From positions 192,001-219,181 of the forward strand of contig JAEUJZ010000076.1 in NCBI GenBank assembly GCA_016794505.1: 27,181 bases of DNA, given 5' to 3'. Shown here piece by piece: positions 1 through 9,599 of the stretch. A program made the position numbers and the translations under genes. Under the pieces are notes generated by a model that was given only the letters and a program-made list of their open reading frames with translations, was not told the origin of the DNA and ran no database searches. Numbering within the stretch: position 1 is the stretch's first letter; each line of letters opens with the position of its first letter. This DNA comes from Myxococcales bacterium (GTDB lineage Bacteria; Myxococcota_A; Polyangia; Palsa-1104; JAEUJZ01).

Positions 1-271
1 TGTGATCGACGTTCTGCTGCACAAGCGCGGCGCGGATGCGACTCTCATGCTCGGCGCGCGGCAGGTTCGCGCTTTCGATCAACACGGCGGGATAGCCGTA
101 CTCGCCGGCTCGCTGCAGAATCGGCGCGCCGGAAACATTGCTGATCACAACGGCGAGCTCGGCCGCCAGCGAGCCATCGCGAAACGCCTGCATCAAGGCC
201 ACGGCATTGCTGCCGCGTCCAGATCCAAGGATCGCAAAGCGCGGCCGCTGGCTGTGTCTAGGACTGGGCAT
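1..271 (-). CDS. purN: Phosphoribosylglycinamide formyltransferase (PurN), N-terminal part; the gene continues past the window start
   Basis: The reverse-complement translation from ATG (269-271) reads MPSPRHSQRPRFAILGSGRGSNAVALMQAF...VVISN, matching the PurN N-terminal GSGxGSN motif. It overlaps the purM stop by ~14 nt. The supplied + ORF 2..397 is the antisense shadow. Confidence 0.75.
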   Translation of the reverse strand, partial: MPSPRHSQRPRFAILGSGRGSNAVALMQAFRDGSLAAELAVVISNVSGAPILQRAGEYGYPAVLIESANLPRAEHESRIRAALVQQNVDH

Positions 272-1319
272 AGCCAAGGTCGGCCCCGTGTCCCGCCGCG
301 ATGTGACCGACGCGTCGCCATGGCGACGCAGCGTCGGCCAAGATGGTCTCGGCGTGCTGTGGCGAAAGCACGACCAAAAAACCCAGGCCCATATTGAACG
401 TGCGGGCCAGCTCGGTTTCTTGCACGTAACCCAAGCGCGCGATCACATCGAAGATCGGCGGTCGCGCATACGAGTGTGGGTCGATAAGGATGCGCTGGTC
501 TTCGCGCACGAGCTTTTCGGCACGCCCCAGCAGACCGCCCCCGGTGATGTGCGCCGCAGCTTTGATGCGCACGCGGCCAAGCAGCGCCAGCACGGGCTCG
601 ACGTATAGCAGCGTGGGTTGCAGAAGCTCTGCCCCCAGCGAGCGATCGAGTCCGGGGAGCGTTTCACGATAGTCCAGTCCAGCCTGGGCAATGACGCGGC
701 GAACCAGCGAAAATCCGTTCGAGTGAACACCGCTCGATGGCAGCCCCAGCACGACATCGCCCACCTCGACATCGCCGCTTGGTACCTGCGCTTGATCGAC
801 CAGGCCTACGGCAAAGCCGGCTAGATCGCAGTCGCCGGGGTCATATAGATCCGGCATCTCTGCGGTCTCTCCGCCCAGCAGCGCGCAGCCGACTGCAGCA
901 CATGCGTCGACGATGCCCTGCGCCAGATCTAGCAGAGGCACCGCGGCTGCATCGGCCTCGCCGCTGGCCGAAAGCGCGATCTTGCCGACGGCCAAGTAAT
1001 CCAGAAAGAACAGCGGGCGGGCTCCGCGCGGCAGCAGATCGTTGACGTTCATCGCCACCAAGTCTTGCCCCAGCCCGCGATACGATCGGCAGGCTCGTGC
1101 GACCAGGATCTTGGTGCCCACCCCGTCGCAGGTTGCCGCCAGAAGCGGCGTGCGCAGCCCGGAAAGTGGTAAGCGGAAGAGACCGGCATAGGCATCTCCG
1201 CTGGGCAAGACGTCTGCGGTCTTGGTGCGCTGGGCCAGCTTGGAAATGGCACGGGCAAAGGCGTCTCCCGCTGCGATGTCGACGCCGGCATCACGATAGG
1301 TCAGAGGCAGCGTGCTCAT
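258..1319 (-). CDS. purM: Phosphoribosylformylglycinamidine cyclo-ligase (AIR synthetase, PurM)
   Basis: 353 aa, N-terminal LTYRDAGVDIAAGD, the typical PurM start, followed by the PurM/AIRS fold. The start overlaps the purF stop (ATGA at 1316-1319). Confidence 0.93.
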   Translation of the reverse strand: MSTLPLTYRDAGVDIAAGDAFARAISKLAQRTKTADVLPSGDAYAGLFRLPLSGLRTPLLAATCDGVGTKILVARACRSYRGLGQDLVAMNVNDLLPRGARPLFFLDYLAVGKIALSASGEADAAAVPLLDLAQGIVDACAAVGCALLGGETAEMPDLYDPGDCDLAGFAVGLVDQAQVPSGDVEVGDVVLGLPSSGVHSNGFSLVRRVIAQAGLDYRETLPGLDRSLGAELLQPTLLYVEPVLALLGRVRIKAAAHITGGGLLGRAEKLVREDQRILIDPHSYARPPIFDVIARLGYVQETELARTFNMGLGFLVVLSPQHAETILADAASPWRRVGHIAAGHGADLGYAQS

Positions 1320-2770
1320 ACGGGATACCTTCCATCCATGCAGCCCATGCAGAACGGGCGATCAAAGGTGGCGCGACGCAGGCCGTCTTGACTGAGATAG
1401 CGCAGGTGGTCGGCCCCGACGAAGCGGCGCACCCACTCGATGGCCTCAGCGCTGCTGGCGCGTTCGGCGGGCAGGGTCTTGGCCAAGCGCTCCCCCGCGA
1501 AGGCGCGGTTTAACAAAAGCTCGGACTGCGTTGGGGTATCGATGCCCAAAAAGCAGGGCATCACGATCGGGGGCGAGGCCAAGCGCAGCCAGATCTCTTT
1601 CGCACCGGCTTCGCGGACCATGGCGACGATCTGCCGCGCCGTGTTGCCACGCACCAGCGAGTCGTCAACCAGAAGCACCCGCTTGCCCGCGACCGCTGCC
1701 GCAATCACCGAGAGCTTCATCCGCAGCATCTGCGTTCGCGCGTCTTGGCTGGGCAAGATGAACGTGCGCCCGACGTAGTGGCTGCGCAGGATCGCCATCT
1801 CGAACGGCACGCCGCTACCGCGAGCATATCCGACGGCAGCGGATACTCCCGAATCGGGTACGGGCACCACGACATCGGGGCGCGGAAGATCGCGATCCTG
1901 CTCAGCAAGCTCCATGCCCATGCGCACGCGGGCTTCGTGTGGGCTCTGGCCAAAGATCTCGGAATCCGGGCGCGCGAAATAAATCAACTCGAACACGCAG
2001 GGCGCCGGTTGCACGCTGGCTGGCAAGAGCTGTGTGCTCGAAAGCCCTGTCGGTCCAAGCTCGACGAGCTCGCCCGGTGCCACCTCGCGCACCAGGCTGG
2101 CCCCAATCGCGCGCAGCGCACAGGTCTCGGATGCCACGACCCAGCCTGACTCAGGCTCGGGCAGGCGACCGATCACCAGCGGGCGAATGCCGTGCGCATC
2201 GCGCAGCGCCAACAGCCGCTGGCCACACAGAAGCGTCAGCGAATACGCACCGATCACTCCATCGCACGCGATGCGCAGCGCAGCATGCAGATCCGTCTTG
2301 CGCGAGCGTGTCAGCAGATGCACGAACAGCTCGGTGTCCATCGTCGTCGACAGCAGCGCGCCGTCTTGGCGTAGATCCGCGCTCAGCGAGTCGGCGTTCT
2401 TGAAGTTGCCGTTGTGCGCGATGGCCAACCGACCCAAGGGCGTGGTGGCCAGAAACGGCTGGATGTTCTCAGCGTGATCCACCGTCACCGTGGAATAGCG
2501 CACATGACCGATGGCCATGCAGCCCGGCAGTGCAGAGACCGCATCAAGCGGTAGCGCAGCCACAAGCCCTGGACTGCGCAGGCTGTGTAGCTCGCCCTGA
2601 TCATCGATCGAGGCCAAGCCAGCGGCTTCTTGCCCGCGGTGCTGCAGCGCAAACAGGCCGCGGTGGGCCAGCGCCGCCGCATTCCCGGACGCGCGATACA
2701 CCGCGATGACACCACACTCTTCATGCAGCTTGTCGGCATGCAGCGTGTCGACGTATTCGCTAGGAAACAT
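1316..2770 (-). CDS. purF: Amidophosphoribosyltransferase (PurF)
   Basis: The HEECGVIAV...ALQHRGQEAAG pattern is the Ntn-glutamine amidotransferase Cys plus PurF signature. The ORF track starts at 2818. I prefer the MFPSEYVD ATG at 2770, which overlaps the purL stop by only 11 nt. Confidence 0.9.
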   Translation of the reverse strand: MFPSEYVDTLHADKLHEECGVIAVYRASGNAAALAHRGLFALQHRGQEAAGLASIDDQGELHSLRSPGLVAALPLDAVSALPGCMAIGHVRYSTVTVDHAENIQPFLATTPLGRLAIAHNGNFKNADSLSADLRQDGALLSTTMDTELFVHLLTRSRKTDLHAALRIACDGVIGAYSLTLLCGQRLLALRDAHGIRPLVIGRLPEPESGWVVASETCALRAIGASLVREVAPGELVELGPTGLSSTQLLPASVQPAPCVFELIYFARPDSEIFGQSPHEARVRMGMELAEQDRDLPRPDVVVPVPDSGVSAAVGYARGSGVPFEMAILRSHYVGRTFILPSQDARTQMLRMKLSVIAAAVAGKRVLLVDDSLVRGNTARQIVAMVREAGAKEIWLRLASPPIVMPCFLGIDTPTQSELLLNRAFAGERLAKTLPAERASSAEAIEWVRRFVGADHLRYLSQDGLRRATFDRPFCMGCMDGRYPV

Positions 2771-5075
2771 GGGTCCCCGCGCTGCGCTGGGTGGACGTGC
2801 GTGCGGCATCTGGCGCATTGCCCCTCCAGGCCGTGCGCAGCTCGCGCATCGTCAGCGCGCCATGGCCGACAAGCTGGAAGTCGCTGCCGCCCACTTCGCC
2901 CAGCACGTGATAAGGCACTGCGTGTACATCGGCAAGCTGGCGCAGCGCTGCAACACGCTGTCGATCGAGCCACGCCAGAACCTGCGCGGGCTGTTCGCCA
3001 AATGCTTGAAAGTGTGGACGCGGACTCGCGGGCAAAGACAGCGCGGCCCCGATGTCGCTGCGCAGGCAGAGCTTGGCGAGCGCGATCACAAGACCTCCCT
3101 GCGTGACCGCGGACAGACCGGCGACGGCATCCGCGGCGATCAGCGCACACAGCAAGCGAGCCACGCGCTGCTCTGCCGAAAGATCACAGCGCGGCGAGCC
3201 CACATCGCTGCCATAGCGCAAGCGGGTGTATTGGGCAGCGCCAGGCTCATCGGACAACTCGCCGAGCACGAGCAGCGTATGGCCTGCCTGCAGCCGCGCC
3301 CGCGGCACCTTGCGAACATCGGGCACCACACCCAGCGCACCGACCATTGGCGTCGGTGGGATGGGGCCGCGCGGCGACTCGTTGTACAGCGAGACATTGC
3401 CCCCCGTGACCGGCACACCAAGCTGGCGCAGGCCATCGCCCAAGCCAGCGATCACCTCGGCGATGCGGCGATGTTCGATGGGATCACGCGGCGATGCGAA
3501 GTTGAGCCCATCGGTGATGGCGAGAAGCTCGGCACCGACGCAGGCCAGGCGGCGTGTGGCTTCAGCCAAAGCCGCCTGCGCACCGCGATATGGATCAACG
3601 GCACACAGATCGCCGCGGCCAGAAAGCGTCAGCGCAACACCGCGCATGCTGTCAGGCAAGCGCAAGACCGCGGCCGAAGCCTGCCCTGGACCGCAGACGG
3701 TGCGGTTGCCAACGGTCTGATCGAACTGCGAATAGATCGGCTCGGCATCCGCGCACTGCGCCAGCAACTTCTGCAGTGTCGTCAGCAGCGGCTCGTGCGG
3801 CGTGTTGTGATCAGCAGGCAGCTCGGGAAGCGGTGGCAGCGCAGCCGCGATGGCAAAGCGACTCGCGGGTGCCCCACCTGCGACCAAGCGCGCCGGCAGA
3901 TCGATGCAGACGCTCTGCTCTTTGCGCACCCGCACGCGCCCGCTGTCCGTCAAGACTGCGATGGCGGCTGCCGTCAGGCCGACGGAGCGAAAGTGCTCAA
4001 GAGCTGCCGGTACGTGCTCGGGCTGCACCACCAGCGCGAAGCGCTCTTGCGATTCAGAAAGGAAGATCTCAAGCGCGGTCATGTCGGCTTCGCGCAGCGG
4101 CACCGACGAAAGATCGACGTCCATTCCCACGCCGCCGAGCGCTGCCATCTCGAACGTCGCGCAGGCAATGCCGCAGGCGCCCAGGTCCTGCACCGCCACC
4201 GGGCCTAGCTCGGCAGGAAACGACAGCACGGCCTCCATCAGCAGCTTGCCGGCGAATGGATCGCCCACCTGGATGTGCGAGCGGCGTGTGCGGTTTTGTT
4301 CCTGCGAGCCCAGCGCCTCGCTGGCAAACGCGGCTCCCAAAATTCCATCGCGTCCGGTGGCCGCCCCGACCAGCAGCACGACGTTGCCGGTTCCGTGCGC
4401 GCGTGCCGTGCGCTGCGCATGCGGGCGGATCAGACCCGCGGCCAGCGCGTTGACGAGCGGGTTGCCTTCATATCCTGGGTGGTGCTGCGTGCGTCCGCCA
4501 ATATTGGGAATGCCGATGGCGTTGCCATACCCCGCGATGCCAGCCACCACCCCGCGCTGGATGCGCGCGGTCTGCGGGCTCTGCGCGTTGCCAAAGCACA
4601 GAAAGTCGAGCAGCGCACACGGTCGCGCGCCCTGGGCGATGACATCGCGCAGGATGCCCCCCACGCCCGTTGCTGCGCCCTGATATGGCTCGACGGCGCT
4701 GGGGTGATTGTGGCTCTCGATCTTAAACGCCACAGCCCAGCCCTCGCCGACATCAACGACCCCCGCGTGACTGCCGGGTCCAGCCAAGACACCGCGGCCT
4801 TCTTTCGGCAGGGTCGCAAGCAAGTGGCGCGTCGACTTGTATGAACAGTGCTCGCTCCACATGCCCGAAAAGACAGCAAGCTCTTCGTGCGTGGGGATGC
4901 GTTCCAGCGCGCTGCGGATCGTCTGATACTCGTGCGGCAACAGCCCCATCGCTTCTGCCAAGCGCGCTGCGGATCCTTCATCGTGCTCGTCGCGGTCAAG
5001 CCGTCGCGCGTCCAGGTCCGCCCCTGCGCTGCTGTGCGCGGGCTGCGCATCGTGTTCTCGTGTGGCGATCGTCAT
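2760..5075 (-). CDS. purL: Phosphoribosylformylglycinamidine synthase subunit II (small-type PurL)
   Basis: 771 aa with FSGMWSEHCSYKSTRHLL and duplicated AIRS-like domains, which is the split-type PurL. The start overlaps the purQ stop (ATGA). Confidence 0.94.
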   Translation of the reverse strand: MTIATREHDAQPAHSSAGADLDARRLDRDEHDEGSAARLAEAMGLLPHEYQTIRSALERIPTHEELAVFSGMWSEHCSYKSTRHLLATLPKEGRGVLAGPGSHAGVVDVGEGWAVAFKIESHNHPSAVEPYQGAATGVGGILRDVIAQGARPCALLDFLCFGNAQSPQTARIQRGVVAGIAGYGNAIGIPNIGGRTQHHPGYEGNPLVNALAAGLIRPHAQRTARAHGTGNVVLLVGAATGRDGILGAAFASEALGSQEQNRTRRSHIQVGDPFAGKLLMEAVLSFPAELGPVAVQDLGACGIACATFEMAALGGVGMDVDLSSVPLREADMTALEIFLSESQERFALVVQPEHVPAALEHFRSVGLTAAAIAVLTDSGRVRVRKEQSVCIDLPARLVAGGAPASRFAIAAALPPLPELPADHNTPHEPLLTTLQKLLAQCADAEPIYSQFDQTVGNRTVCGPGQASAAVLRLPDSMRGVALTLSGRGDLCAVDPYRGAQAALAEATRRLACVGAELLAITDGLNFASPRDPIEHRRIAEVIAGLGDGLRQLGVPVTGGNVSLYNESPRGPIPPTPMVGALGVVPDVRKVPRARLQAGHTLLVLGELSDEPGAAQYTRLRYGSDVGSPRCDLSAEQRVARLLCALIAADAVAGLSAVTQGGLVIALAKLCLRSDIGAALSLPASPRPHFQAFGEQPAQVLAWLDRQRVAALRQLADVHAVPYHVLGEVGGSDFQLVGHGALTMRELRTAWRGNAPDAARTSTQRSAGTHVS

Positions 5076-5800
5076 GCCGACTCCTGGCTCGTCAAGAACT
5101 GCCGAGCCGATTGAAACAGCGCTGCGCCATCGTCCGATCCCAGGACCGCTTCGCAGGCTCGCTCGGGATGCGGCATGATGCCGAGCACGCGACCGCTGTC
5201 ATCGAGCACCGCCGCGGTATCTGCCAGCGAGCCGTTGGGGTTTTCGCAGTAGACCAGTGGCACGCGCGTCGCGATCACGTCGTCCCCTTGCGGATGGACA
5301 TAGCGACCTTCGGCATGCGCGATCGGCATGCGCAGCCGGTCGCCTACGCGAGCCTGCCCAAACCACGGGCTCTGGTTTCGCAGGGCAGCCGGCGTGACCT
5401 CGACTTCGATCCAGCGATGCACGAAGCGCGGTGGCTGATTGTACGAGAGCGCCCCCGGCAAGATCCCCGCTTCAACGAGGATCTGAAAGCCGTTGCACAC
5501 GCCGATCACCAGCCCCCCTGCGGCGAGCCACGCTGGCAGCGACTGCACCGCGCGAGCGCGACTGGCCAACATGCCGGCCCGCCAATAGTCGCCGTATGAA
5601 AAGCCACCCGGTAAGCCGACCAGATCGACATCGGCTGGCAGCGCCATGTGGGCCGGATGAAGGCGCGCTGAAAAGCCCGACAGGTTCAGCGCCTCTAGAA
5701 GATCGCGATCTCCGTTGCTGCCCGGAAAGACCACGACTGCTGCGCGTGGAGTACGACCGCGACCGCGGCCGGAATCATTCACAGCCGCGGCCGGGGTCAT
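5072..5800 (-). CDS. purQ: Phosphoribosylformylglycinamidine synthase subunit I (glutaminase, PurQ)
   Basis: AAVVVFPGSNGDRD...GVCNGFQILVEAGILPG is a class-I glutamine amidotransferase with the catalytic Cys in the GVCNGFQ motif. The true start may be a later codon than the ORF-track M. Confidence 0.9.
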   Translation of the reverse strand: MTPAAAVNDSGRGRGRTPRAAVVVFPGSNGDRDLLEALNLSGFSARLHPAHMALPADVDLVGLPGGFSYGDYWRAGMLASRARAVQSLPAWLAAGGLVIGVCNGFQILVEAGILPGALSYNQPPRFVHRWIEVEVTPAALRNQSPWFGQARVGDRLRMPIAHAEGRYVHPQGDDVIATRVPLVYCENPNGSLADTAAVLDDSGRVLGIMPHPERACEAVLGSDDGAALFQSARQFLTSQESA

Positions 5801-6081
5801 GGCTGACCTTCCCGGTACACGGCAGACGCCGCGGGCTTGGCAGCCGACCGCAGCACATAGGTCTCAAGCAGAGGATTCACCAACATGCCTTCACAGACAG
5901 CACGCGCCTTGGCTGCCGCTTGCTCGCTGTCGGCTTCGTCGACAGACAACAGCAAAAAGCGTCCAACCGACTGCGCGCTGCAGCCGTCATAGCCGCTGTC
6001 ATGCATCGCAGCCGAGATGGCATCCGCCTGTGGATCGCGCACACCCGGCCGTGGCTGCACGATGACTTCAAAGTGCGTCAT
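5797..6081 (-). CDS. purS: PurS subunit of FGAM synthase
   Basis: The ORF track gives a 146-aa ORF. The conserved ~94-aa PurS core begins at the internal Met, MTHFEVIVQPRPGVRDPQADAI...VNPLLETYVL. The ATG at 6079-6081 overlaps the purC TGA (ATGA coupling). Confidence 0.85.
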   Translation of the reverse strand: MTHFEVIVQPRPGVRDPQADAISAAMHDSGYDGCSAQSVGRFLLLSVDEADSEQAAAKARAVCEGMLVNPLLETYVLRSAAKPAASAVYREGQP

Positions 6082-6818
6082 GCGACCTCTTGATGCGAAA
6101 AGGCGGGCACTTGCAGAGCTGGTATTTTTTCCAGTCGCGCAAGCAGCGCCGCGTAGGTTGGCACTAGCTCGGCAAGGTCTTGGCGAAAGACGTCTTTGTC
6201 GAGCACTTGACCGCTGTGAACATCCCGAAAGCGGCACGTGTCCGGCGAGATCTCATCGGCCAGCCACACCCTGCCATCGGCACGCCCGAACTCGAACTTC
6301 AGATCAAACAGCGCCACATCGGCTTGCAGAAACAGCGTGCGCAGCGCCTGTGCTGCGGTCAAAGCCAAGCTGCGCAGCGTCGCAAGCTCAGCCGGCGACG
6401 CGATGCCAAGCAGCCGCACATGATCGTCGTTGATCAGCGGATCGCTGAGATCATCGCGCTTGTAATAAAGCTCGCAAACCGGCGGCGTGCAGGGATGCCC
6501 GTACGGCAGTCCGGTTCGCGTACAAAGCGAGCCCGCCACTGCGAAGCGCACGACCACTTCCAGCGGAATGATCTCGACCGCGCGGCAGATCAGCGTGCGC
6601 TCATCTTTGCGCTGCACAAGATGCGTAGGAATCTGCTCGCGCGCTAGATACGCCAGCAATCGCTCGCTGATGCGACAGCACAGCTCTCCTTTGCCGGGAA
6701 ATGTCGCGCGCTTCTTGCCATTCCCCGCTGTCGCGTCGTCCTTGAAATAGATCTCGGCCAGTCCATTGGGCAGCAGTCGGACCTGCTTGGCTTTGCCCTC
6801 GTACAGATCATCTCGCAT
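6078..6818 (-). CDS. purC: SAICAR synthetase (PurC)
   Basis: MRDDLYEGKAKQVRLLPNGLAEIYFKDDATA is the typical PurC N-terminus, 246 aa. An AAGGAAG Shine-Dalgarno lies 9 nt upstream of the ATG. Confidence 0.93.
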   Translation of the reverse strand: MRDDLYEGKAKQVRLLPNGLAEIYFKDDATAGNGKKRATFPGKGELCCRISERLLAYLAREQIPTHLVQRKDERTLICRAVEIIPLEVVVRFAVAGSLCTRTGLPYGHPCTPPVCELYYKRDDLSDPLINDDHVRLLGIASPAELATLRSLALTAAQALRTLFLQADVALFDLKFEFGRADGRVWLADEISPDTCRFRDVHSGQVLDKDVFRQDLAELVPTYAALLARLEKIPALQVPAFSHQEVA

Positions 6819-7028
6819 GCACGCTGTCTTCCTTGCGAAGCGCTGCGTTGTTTGCCGTGAGATCGCGCAACCTTTGCACGCCGCGGTGAGTGCATCCCGC
6901 GCTGTGTTTTGTTGCGCGCAATGGGTGCTTCATCGGCCTTTCAAAGTCAAGTGACGTTTTTGTTTCTGAAGGAAAAAAAACGGAACGCGCTTGACGCAAG
7001 CCACCGGAACTCGCTAGAAGCACGCCCC
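6819..7028. promoter_or_regulatory. Divergent intergenic control region between purC (minus) and pyrD (plus); candidate sigma70-like promoter for pyrD and candidate purC promoter
   Basis: The region has an A8 run at 6973-6980. On the plus strand TTGACG (6991-6996) is followed by an 18-nt spacer and TAGAAG (7015-7020). On the minus strand TTGACT is followed by ~17 nt, upstream of purC. Hexamer assignments are weak. Confidence 0.3.
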
Positions 7029-8087
7029 GTGAGCGAACCAACTGCACGTGTGCTGAGTTCCTCGCTGCCCGCTTTCGATCGCGCCGATCATCGCGAGATC
7101 ACGGAAGCGTCAGCGGATCCTGGTTTGCCGCTGCGCTCTGCGCCGCGCGACCGTTCTTTAAGTGAACGCGATCCGTTCTTTGCACTGTCGGCACGCAGTC
7201 CGCTGTGGGCGGCCGCGGGTCCATGGTCAAGCGGCGAACAGAGCGCGGATGCGCTGTCGACAGCCGGTGCGGTGGTCGCCAAGACCGTCACGGCAGAGCC
7301 ACGAGCCGGCAATCCTCCGCCCGTCTTACACAAGTATGCGGGTGGAAGTGGCGGCTATCTGAATCGCATTGGCCTGCGCAATGTCGGTGCCGCCGAGTTC
7401 GCGCGAGCGCGCTTGCCGATTGTGCGCGCCTGCAACGCGCCAACGATTCAGAGCTTCACCGCACAGACCGAAGCTGAAGTCGAAGCGATTCTGCAGGTGT
7501 TCACACCCGAAGCCATCGTGGGATATGAGCTCAATGCCTCGTGTCCCAATGCTCCCTCGGGTCAGCTCGATGATGCGGTCTTGCGAGCGGTGCTGCGCTG
7601 CGCCCGTCGGCTTTCGCCGCGGCCGATCTGGGTCAAGCTTGCCTATGCACCGGCCGAGCTGTTGCGGTCCCGAGCTCGCATCTGCGCCGACGAAGGTGCC
7701 GATGGCATCACCGCCATCAACACCCTGCCTGCGCTGGCCGTGACGCTGCCAAGCATCGACTCTGCGCAGCGCAAACCCGATGATCCCTTTTTGTTTCGCG
7801 GGGGCGTGTCAGGTCCTACGCTGACGCCGCTTGCGCAGTGGGCCGTCGACTTCCTGGTGCGCGAGCAGCCGCTGCCTGTGATCGCCTGTGGCGGCGTCGG
7901 ATCGCTGCACGAGGTCTTGGCCTTTGCCGCGCTGGGAGCGAGCGCCGTCCAAGTGGGCTCGGCCCTGCTCGATGACGCGACCGTGCTGCGCCGCTTGCAG
8001 CGCGAGCTAGCGCACGCCGCGCAGCGCGCCCAGATCACATCGTGGAATGAGCTCGTCGAGGTCCTATGTCCGCACAAGCGAAGCTAG
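7029..8087 (+). CDS. pyrD: Dihydroorotate dehydrogenase, class 1 (Cys active-site base), catalytic subunit
   Basis: GNPPPV...GGYLNRIGLRNVG...ELNASCPNAP...PIWVKLAY...ITAINTLP...GGVSGP...IACGGVGS match the class-1 DHODH motifs. The ORF-track start at 6909 is TTG. The core begins near DPFFALSARSPLWAAAG. I chose the in-frame GTG at 7029, with GTG 7050 as an alternative, so the start is uncertain. Confidence 0.85.
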   Translation: MSEPTARVLSSSLPAFDRADHREITEASADPGLPLRSAPRDRSLSERDPFFALSARSPLWAAAGPWSSGEQSADALSTAGAVVAKTVTAEPRAGNPPPVLHKYAGGSGGYLNRIGLRNVGAAEFARARLPIVRACNAPTIQSFTAQTEAEVEAILQVFTPEAIVGYELNASCPNAPSGQLDDAVLRAVLRCARRLSPRPIWVKLAYAPAELLRSRARICADEGADGITAINTLPALAVTLPSIDSAQRKPDDPFLFRGGVSGPTLTPLAQWAVDFLVREQPLPVIACGGVGSLHEVLAFAALGASAVQVGSALLDDATVLRRLQRELAHAAQRAQITSWNELVEVLCPHKRS

Positions 8088-8899
8088 CCATCGGCATGTC
8101 GCAGCGCGGACCGCTGTGCATTGGCCTAGATCCCGATCGCGATCGCCTGCCCGCCTGCGTGCGCGGTGATGTTGCCGTCTTCTTGCGCGAGATCATCGCC
8201 ACCACAGCCGATATCGCATGCGGCTTCAAGATCAACAGCGCGTTTTTCGAATCGATGGGTCTTGATGCGAGCGGTGAAGGCCACGTGCTTGCGAGCACGC
8301 GCGCGGCCCTGCCTTCTTCTGCTCTCTTCATCTGGGACGGCAAGCGCGGCGACATCGGCAACACCAATCGCCACTATGCCCACGCCGCGTTTGAAGTGCT
8401 GGGGGCCGATGCGGTGACAGTGCATCCGTATCTTGGCCTTGAGCCACTTGAGCCCTTCCTGCGCTACCGCGAGCGCTTGACCTTTGTCTTGTGCGCCACC
8501 AGCGAAGGATCACAGATGCAAGACCTTTGCATTTCTGATCGCGAAGGCGAAGCGATGGCGCAGCCGCTGTGGCAGTGGGTCGCGCGCAAGGTCGCGCAGC
8601 AAAGTGACGGTCAGTGCGGCCTGGTCGTCGGGGCAACGCAGCCCGAGCGCTTGGCCTGGGTGCGCAAGGTCGCTCCGCAGCTGCCGCTTTTGGTGCCGGG
8701 CGTCGGCGCGCAGGGCGGACAGATCCCGGCACAAGGAAGTGGAGCCCCCCTCTTGATCAACGCCTCGCGCTCGATCTTGTACGCGAGTGCGGGCCCTGAC
8801 TTTGCTGCGGCGGCACGCGCCGCTGCCCTGTCCCTGCGCACGGCGTGTGTCAACGCATCCGTCGCATCCGCGATCGCGCCGAACCCTGTCTCTCACTAA
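8066..8899 (+). CDS. pyrF: Orotidine-5'-phosphate decarboxylase (long/type-2 form)
   Basis: 277 aa with LCIGLDPD...KINSAFFE...WDGKRGDIGNT, giving the PyrF Asp-x-Lys-x-x-Asp and K..DIGNT motifs. It overlaps the pyrD 3' end by 22 nt. Confidence 0.88.
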   Translation: MSAQAKLAIGMSQRGPLCIGLDPDRDRLPACVRGDVAVFLREIIATTADIACGFKINSAFFESMGLDASGEGHVLASTRAALPSSALFIWDGKRGDIGNTNRHYAHAAFEVLGADAVTVHPYLGLEPLEPFLRYRERLTFVLCATSEGSQMQDLCISDREGEAMAQPLWQWVARKVAQQSDGQCGLVVGATQPERLAWVRKVAPQLPLLVPGVGAQGGQIPAQGSGAPLLINASRSILYASAGPDFAAAARAAALSLRTACVNASVASAIAPNPVSH

Positions 8900-8913
8900 C
8901 GAGGTCTTCGCCC

Positions 8914-9513
8914 ATGTCGCTGTCCGCTGTTTCGTCCGCTCAAGAAGTCGAGGCGCGCTTGCACGAAACCGGAGCCTTGCTGCACGGTCACTTTCTTTTG
9001 AGCTCGGGCCTGCACTCCGATCAATACATTCAGTGCGCACGCTTGCTGTCGTATCCACAGCACGCCGAGTTCGCCGGCAAGGCCCTGGCCGCAGCCTGTC
9101 GCGAGCGTGGACTCCAGCCGATCGACGTCGTGTTGGGACCGGCACTCGGCGGCATCGTGATCGCGCATGAGGTTGCTCGCGCACTGGGGGTACGGGCGCT
9201 GTTTGCCGAACGGGAAGCCGGCGCGCTGACCCTGCGCCGCGGCTTTGCGATGTCGCCTGGTGAACGCGTGCTGATTGTCGAAGACGTCATCACCACAGGG
9301 GGCTCTGCCGTCGAGACCGCCACCCTGGCGCAAGCGCACGGCGCGCGGATCGCAGGCTACGCCGCAATCGTAGAGCGCGGCAGCGACCATGGCTTGCAGC
9401 CGCTGTGCGCACTGTGGCGTGTGCGACCGCAGGTCTTCGCAGCCGAAGCCTGCCCCCTGTGCCAAGCCGGCAGCCCGGCCATCAAGCCCGGCTCGCGCGG
9501 ACCCAAGCCGTAG
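8914..9513 (+). CDS. pyrE: Orotate phosphoribosyltransferase
   Basis: LIVEDVITTGGS is the PRPP-binding motif of type-I PRTases, with OPRT-like length and context. I chose the ATG at 8914 (MSLSAVSS...), which follows GAGG 9 nt upstream. The ORF-track start at 8845 lacks an RBS. Confidence 0.88.
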   Translation: MSLSAVSSAQEVEARLHETGALLHGHFLLSSGLHSDQYIQCARLLSYPQHAEFAGKALAAACRERGLQPIDVVLGPALGGIVIAHEVARALGVRALFAEREAGALTLRRGFAMSPGERVLIVEDVITTGGSAVETATLAQAHGARIAGYAAIVERGSDHGLQPLCALWRVRPQVFAAEACPLCQAGSPAIKPGSRGPKP

Positions 9514-9599
9514 CGCGCGTTGACCCACAGCTTCCCCATCGGTCGCACGGACGAAGCGCAGCCCCCCGCTCGGCTAGAACACTGCTCGGAATCGGGACC

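Noticed and set aside
2-397. Plus-strand 131-aa ORF at the window start
   Set aside because: The opposite strand encodes a clear PurN N-terminus (FAILGSGRGSN), so the + ORF is the shadow.
2706-4453. Long plus-strand ORFs (2706..4208, 500 aa; 3554..4453, 299 aa; 3850..4683) overlapping purL
   Set aside because: These are Arg/Ala-rich antisense 'shadow' ORFs, typical of high-GC DNA. They sit opposite a clearly recognisable purL and have no motifs or RBS.
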